This document shows, piece after piece, positions 63,396-64,000 of a stretch of 64,000 bases of DNA (its first letter is position 1; every line of letters starts with the position of its first letter). The position numbers and the translations under genes were made by a program. This DNA comes from Octopus bimaculoides. Its lineage: Eukaryota. The stretch is from positions 106,812,430 through 106,876,429 of the forward strand of contig NC_068981.1 in NCBI RefSeq assembly GCF_001194135.2, in the 5' to 3' direction. The notes beneath the pieces were generated by a model. That model ran no database searches and was not told the DNA's origin. It was given only the letters and a program-made list of their open reading frames with translations.

Positions 63396-63678
63396 AGGCA
63401 TAAGAAATGGCTGTGTGGGAAGCAGTTTGCTTCTCAACCACATGCTTTCATGTTATATTCCACTGCAAGCATCTTCTGTCATAGCCTTGAGTTGACAAAG
63501 TCCTTGTGAGTGGATCTGCTAGAAAGAGACTGAAAGAAGCCTGTATGCACATGCGCGTGTATGTGTGTGTGCCTGCCTGTCTGTCCTTGCCTTGACATTG
63601 TGTGATTGTTGTAAATGGATGTCACCATCATGCAAACTATGTCCTTCATTCCAAATCTTCCTTGAAAGCATGTCTAGT
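63396..63678 (+). mobile_element. Degenerate tRNA-derived SINE
   Basis: atggctgtgtgggaagcagtttgcttctcaaccacatg...ccttgtgagtggatctgctagaaagagactgaaagaagcc. Confidence 0.7.
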
Positions 63679-63945
63679 TCATCATCATCATTTAACATCC
63701 GTTTTCCATGCTGGTATGGGTTGAACAGTTGGATCAGGGCTGGCAAGCCAGAAAGCTGCACCAAGTTCCAGTTTGATTTGACATGGTTTCTTTGGCTGGA
63801 CACCCTTCTTAAAGCCAAGGAAATATTACTTTACTTGGATGCAAGTGAGGGGTGACAGTAGGAAAGGCACCTGACTGTAGGAAATACACCAACAAAGTTC
63901 TGTCTGACCTATGCAAGCATAGAAAAGTGGCCATAAAAATGATGA
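63679..63945. mobile_element. Two RTE-type 3' tails in opposite orientation (63679-63807 minus, ~63850-63945 plus)
   Basis: catcatcatttaacatccgttttccatgctgg on the left; aggaaaggcacctgactgtagg...gcatagaaaagtggccataaaaatgatga on the right. Confidence 0.65.
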
Positions 63946-64000
63946 CATACTATCCAGTATGATGACATACTATCCATAAATGATGACATACTATCCATAA
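63939..64000. repeat. 20-21-bp minisatellite, at least 3 units, running off the window end
   Basis: atgatgacatactatcca(gt/taa) x3. Confidence 0.85.

Noticed and set aside
1-64000. CRISPR arrays, rRNA genes, operons or other prokaryotic systems
   Set aside because: No regularly spaced repeat-spacer array, rRNA-like sequence or dense long ORFs; the sequence is eukaryotic repeat-rich DNA.

Overview
AT-rich eukaryotic DNA, dense in microsatellites and transposon remnants, with four N-gaps. The tRNA-headed SINEs, RTE-type 3' tails and TTAA-flanked MITEs match repeat families I recall from octopus (coleoid cephalopod) genomes; that assignment is an inference, not a database result. I could not support any host protein-coding exon, so the window reads as a very large intron or intergenic DNA. 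Nearly all ORF-track entries are chance ORFs, microsatellite/N artefacts or decayed transposon frames. Well-supported elements: a two-ended DD37D (maT) Tc1/mariner element, a Tc1 element with an IR/DR-type right end, an internally deleted piggyBac plus six copies of a TTAA MITE, two non-autonomous DNA transposons with GGATC-type TIRs and 8-bp TSDs, CR1/L2- and RTE-type LINE remnants, and many SINEs. The most interesting structure is a ~1.16-kb palindrome (56.9-58.1 kb) made of two Penelope-like retroelement 3' ends. Each arm carries a GIY-YIG endonuclease remnant, a tRNA-like Pol III cassette, a (TAA)n tract and a minimal hammerhead ribozyme motif. Three more inverted repeats (28.9-30.6, 32.9-36.2 and 44.9-45.4 kb) would fold into dsRNA if transcribed. 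Boundaries of old repeats are approximate, and identities are estimated by eye.
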